DNA from: Eledone cirrhosa
Taxonomy: Eukaryota
DNA length: 64,000 nucleotides
NCBI GenBank assembly: GCA_964016885.1
Contig: OZ024741.1
Location: 126,294,001 to 126,358,000, forward strand
Direction: 5' to 3'
The notes beneath the pieces are model-generated. The model worked only from the letters and a program-made list of their open reading frames with translations. It did not search any database and was not told the origin of the DNA. Position 1 is the first letter of the stretch. The number at the start of each line of letters is the position of its first letter. Below, piece after piece: positions 59,235-64,000 of this stretch. A program made the position numbers and the translations under genes.

Positions 59235-59416
59235 ATATTAATAAATGGAAACTATATTTATAAAACCATATTTATTTTATTATACATATTTCAAGGGTAA
59301 CCAAGGCAGATTATGGTGCGCTTTCATTACATAAAATAAAATACAGATTTGTTTTATAAATAAATATTGACATACCCGGAAAAAAGACAACTTTAACGGT
59401 TGGAGCTTCCTGGATA

Positions 59417-59478
<62 letters not shown>

Positions 59479-59785
59479 GTGTGTATAATGGTAGCTATGG
59501 TGCTTCCATAGGCGGTATGCAAAAATTAGCACTCAATATTCATACAAAGCAGAGTGTGGATGGTATAAAAAAAACGAAAAATCAGTGATGCATCTGGACT
59601 CAGTTTATTGCGTGTTACAATTGTTTCGCCAGCAGGTAGCTCGAGACATCATCACACTGTATGGATCTGGCTGATTCGACGGCTGCAAGTTCGTTCGGAG
59701 CAAATTTTCTCAGTGAGAATATATATATATGCTGTAGCTGTGTGTATTTGTATGTGTGTTTGTCTATATATATATATATATATCC

Positions 59786-60192
59786 GGGAGAGATGACCCC
59801 TTAGCCTTTGTCAAGGCAGAATTCTAGGAGAAGGAAAACTCTGATATAACACCTGCAACTCTGATGGTATCCAATGATGTTGACTTGTTCTACTTTTTGG
59901 TAAATATCATCTTGGTTAAGAGAGTGGGACTGGCTTTGTGCAGTGCCTTTGCTCACTATAAAAGCTTCACGGCACAGGCATTGCTTTATATCTGGAGATC
60001 TCTCTGCACTTGTCGTCACATGGTACCATGGGCCCAGCACTATATGTCAATAATTGTCACAAGTGTAGTGTTTGTACCAGAGTTTGCAAGTCGCTGGATG
60101 GACTAAAAAGTCACACTCGTTCAGCGCATCGGTAGGGGTTCTCCTACATTGTTATAAAGTAGTGGCCGTACTCGAAGACGAGTTGGCAGCCA

Positions 60193-60195
<3 letters not shown>
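59786..60195 (+). mobile_element. Non-autonomous RTE derivative, 5'-truncated copy of 20186-20779
   Basis: Highly similar to the reverse complement of 20186-20595; ends in (TA)n. Confidence 0.8.
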
Positions 60196-60243
<48 letters not shown>

Positions 60244-60246
<3 letters not shown>

Positions 60247-60362
60247 CGAAGGAAATGTGGTAAGGAACCATGTGGACCATAACGCACCAAAGTACTCAAT
60301 ACTTGAGGTAGTAGAGTGGGTAATAGGAACCAGTAAGACCCCGGGGTCTTACTGGTTCCTAT
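60244..60362 (-). mobile_element. PLE tail plus perfect 40-bp palindrome
   Basis: ATAGGAACCAGTAAGACCCC|GGGGTCTTACTGGTTCCTAT (60323-60362), between (TA)n tracts. Confidence 0.9.
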
Positions 60363-60405
60363 ATATATATATATATATATGCTGTTGCTGTGTGTATGTA
60401 TATGT

Positions 60406-60476
<71 letters not shown>

Positions 60477-60593
60477 CATCACTAATCTCTCGTGCACATC
60501 TTGCCTATCACTTTCGTCTTCCTCTATCCCACTCTTACGACCTCTATTCAACTATCGCTAGAAATGTTGGGTGACATAAATATCATAACATTC

Positions 60594-60638
<45 letters not shown>

Positions 60639-60952
60639 CCTGTGTTGTTTACTTGTCTCACTCGCTTTACGCATTTCTATTGTCCTAATAACTTATTTTA
60701 GTTATTATCGCTCCAACGTGAGGTATATGATTTTTAATGCGATGAAATACCCATGATCGTTTGGTAAATCACTGATGAGGGACTCATTTTATAACATGTT
60801 ATCCATGTGCAACCAGCAGTATTCTTCTCACCCATATTTTCATATATTTATATATATATAACAAAGGAATTGTGGTATGGAACCAGATGGACCATAACGC
60901 ACCAGAGTACTGAATACTTAGGGTAGTAGAGTGGGAAATAGGAAAAAGTATG

Positions 60953-61049
60953 ACCCCGACGGCAGAGCTCAAGCCATTTCGACGGCTATTTCTGGACTAA
61001 ATTAGAATTTTTAGCCTGGTGAATAAATAGCCGAACTTGTCAAGGGGGT
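60953..61049 (-). ncRNA. Type I hammerhead ribozyme, U3:A8 variant (inverted pLTR copy)
   Basis: Minus strand: accccc TTGACAA gttcggctattt...aaatagccgtc GAAA tggc ttgagctct gccg TC ggggt. Confidence 0.8.
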
Positions 61050-63778
61050 ACTTCCTTATATGGGAATATTGTAGTTGTCAAGAGGATTGGTTAATATTTG
61101 TTGTATCAAATAAGTCTATCATGGCATTTGGTGGGAGGGAGGGGTGGCTGAACTTGCCTGTAGAACAATAGGGGAATGAGTGGAGCGGTCAAGCGTTGAA
61201 GGTGATATGTACACAACAGATTCTAAGCATAGTGTATGAAGTGGAAGAGGGAGGTTATAGAATAGGTAAATCGAATGAGAGTAGGAGACAATAAAAGATA
61301 ATAGAAAGAAATAAAAAAAAATATATAAAATTAGATCGTGAGAAATGAATAAAAAAAATCACAATGCTATCTTACAATTACAGGTTAATAAGTTGAGAAT
61401 AGAAAATCTTGTAGAATGAGTAGTAACAAAACTGATACAAAATTAAAGAGGTTTTAACACATCTGCTATAAGTAGTTAGTAAAACGTATTCGGCCAATTC
61501 TATCTTAAAATTACAGGGGTGGGGGAACTGATGCTACAGAGGCCCAAACCATCCATTAGGCTTATAAACCCAACGAAGTCGGACATAGGGAGAATCAGTA
61601 AAAAGATCCTAGTCCGAGTTATACCAAAAGTTAAGCAAAACGTGAGACTTAGCCTATGGTCCAGCACCCAGGAAGTAATATCATGGTTCAGGAATATGGA
61701 GGGCAAACGAGACACAAAATTCATCCAATTTGACATAGAGAGTTACTATGCATCTATTACTTTACCGCTCCTTACGGCCGTCTTGGACTTTGCCGAAACA
61801 CGCACACCCATCACTGAGCAGGAAAGAAATATCATTCTCCACGCCAGGAAGACAGTCCTACTTTTTGCCAACTCTAAGTGGATAAAGAGAGCTCCCGACT
61901 TCCCCTTCGACATCAGTATGGGCGCGACGGATTCAGCCGAGGTCACAGATCTTATAGGATTATTCCTACTATTTAAACTCACCGAAATGCTTCCTGCATT
62001 CGGCGGTTGATTGTACCGGGATGATGGGCTCCTCACCCTCAAAGGGTACAACCCCAGTAGTACAGACCAGGTTCGTAAACAACTAATCAACTTCTTCCGG
62101 GACTGGGGATTTAAAATCACCCTAGAAACGTCCCTAACCTGAGTCAATTTCCTGGACGTTACCCTTAACCTTGAAAATGATCTGTACTACCCATACAGGA
62201 AACCAAACGACAACCTGCACTACATCCACCGCCGCTCTAACCATCCTAGAAACATCACCAATAACCTGGTTAAAAACATCTCCCTCCGCATATCTCGTTT
62301 GTCAGCTAATGAGCAGATATTCGACGAACACGCCCCTCATTACAACTAGGCCCTCAAGCGGAGTGGCTTCCGGGAGGAAATATCCTTTTATCCAGCTTCC
62401 CTTAGCGGATCCAGCAGGCAACACCGCCGCTCACGCAACGTAACGTGGTTCAATCCTCCCCATAATGCCGAAGTGGCAACACCTATCGGAAAAATCTTCT
62501 TTAGACTCCTCGAAAAACACTTCCCACTATAACACCGCTACCACAACATAATAAACAAAAACACCATCAAACTGTCCTACAGCACCACACCTAACTTCGC
62601 ACAAAATATCGTCTCCTCAAACAACAAAAAACTCAACCTCTATGGAAGAAATAACCTAGACAGCAGTGGAGTGCCGACCAGGAGGTGTAACTGCCCTGAT
62701 AGATCTACGTGCCCCCTCAAGAACACATGCCGAGAACGTAACGTGATCTACCAGTGCAACGTGAGGACGGACACCCCCAACAAAGCTTATATAGGATTAA
62801 CTCTACCAACATACTTTCCGAAACCCGGTCCGGCGGCATGCCACAACACTTTCGGGCAACATCTGGGACCTCCAAGATAATAATATAACCTTCAATTACA
62901 CTTGGAGCTTACTGTCCAGAGCTAACTCTTACACGGGAGGACGCCGTCCGTGTAACTTATGCTCGGAGGAAACATTACAAATGTTGTTTTCGAAGGACCA
63001 ACTCCTAAACAAGAAAGACGACTTGGTAACCTCATGCAAACACAGATTGCATAGGACTTACCTCGCCCTCAAACCCCATAACGACCCGGGTGGGTAGAGA
63101 AGGGCTGATAACCCTCCACTTGCCGAATAAGTTAGGGAAAACCCCAGCTTACATAGGTAGATTATCTCTTTTCTTTTCCTCTTTGTCTTCTTCTTCCCCT
63201 GTCTCATCCTATCACTTCCTTCCACCCCCTATTTTCTTCCTCGTCTGCCTTTCCCCTTTCGCCTACCCCGATGCAGCCCATCGGGCCTCTGTAGCATCTG
63301 TTCCTCCACCCCTGTAATTTTAAGATAGAATTGGCCGAATACGTTTTACTAACTACTTATAGCAGATGTGTTAAAACCCCTTTAATTTTGTATCAGTTTT
63401 GTTACTACTCATTCTACAAGATTTTTCTATTCTCAACTTATTAACCTGTAATTGTAAGATAGCATTATAATTTTTTTTATTCATTTCTCACTATCTAATT
63501 TTATATATTTTTTTTATTTCTTTCTGTTATCTTTTACTGTCTCCTACTCTCATTCTATTTACCTATTCTATAACCTCCCTCCTCCACTTCATACACTATC
63601 CTTAGAATCTGCTGTATACATATCACCTTCAACGCTTGACCGCTCCACTCATTCCCCTATTGTTCTACAGGCAAGTTCAGCCACCCCTCCCTCCCACCAA
63701 ATGCCATGATAGACTTATTTGATACAACAAATTTTAACCAATCCTCTTGACAACTACAATCTTCCCATATAAGGAAGT

Positions 63779-63875
63779 ACTCCCTTGACAAGTTCGTCTA
63801 TTTATTCACCAGGCTAAAAATTCTAATTTAGTCCAGAAATAGCCGTTGAAACGGCTTGAGCTCTGCCGTCGGGGT
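63779..63875 (+). ncRNA. Type I hammerhead ribozyme, U3:A8 variant, GUC cleavage site
   Basis: tccc TTGACAA gttcgtctattt...aaatagccgtt GAAA cggc ttgagctct gccg TC gggg. Confidence 0.8.
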
Positions 63876-63885
63876 CATACTTTTT

Positions 63886-63951
<66 letters not shown>

Positions 63952-64000
63952 AGCTTTTCTGATGATTTCTTTCGATTGCAACAGTTCTAGTCCTGTAGAA

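Larger units (their letters stand above)
60859..63890 (+). mobile_element. 5'-truncated Penelope-like element with ~608 bp inverted pseudo-LTRs
   Basis: 60938-61545 is the reverse complement of 63283-63890. Decayed ORF ~61543-63080: RLINPTKSDIGRISK, FIQFDIESYY, FDISMGATDSAEV, LYRDDGL, NFLDVTL, WFNPP, CNCPDRSTCPLKNTC, VIYQC...YIGLT. Confidence 0.96.

Noticed and set aside
60770-60822. CTGATGAGGGA...TCC hammerhead-like start
   Set aside because: The GAAA and cleavage triplet are missing; at best a decayed remnant.
61990-62150. In-frame TGA codons in the PLE ORF as possible selenocysteine recoding
   Set aside because: TAG/TAA stops and a deletion also occur, and the TGAs are not at Cys positions; this is ordinary decay.

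Overview
AT-rich eukaryotic genomic DNA, dense in (TA)n/(CA)n/(GA)n microsatellites. The SINE and retroelement repertoire looks like an octopus (coleoid cephalopod) genome; this is recognition from memory, not a search result. No host protein-coding gene can be supported, and most track ORFs are microsatellite artefacts. The window holds six decayed Penelope-like retroelements (PLEs; RT plus C-terminal GIY-YIG) of about three lineages, three of them with inverted pseudo-LTRs. It also holds a Helitron helicase remnant with an intact 3' hairpin-CTAG end, two mariner remnants, non-autonomous RTE-LINE derivatives and many tRNA-derived SINEs. The main hidden layer is at least 10 well-formed type I hammerhead ribozyme motifs from about 8 sequence families, plus atypical-core variants. 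They sit in PLE pseudo-LTRs and in ORF-less retrozyme-like units inserted in (TA)n tracts, often as fold-back structures. One fold-back turns exactly at a predicted ribozyme cleavage site. All folds and coordinates were read by eye and are untested.
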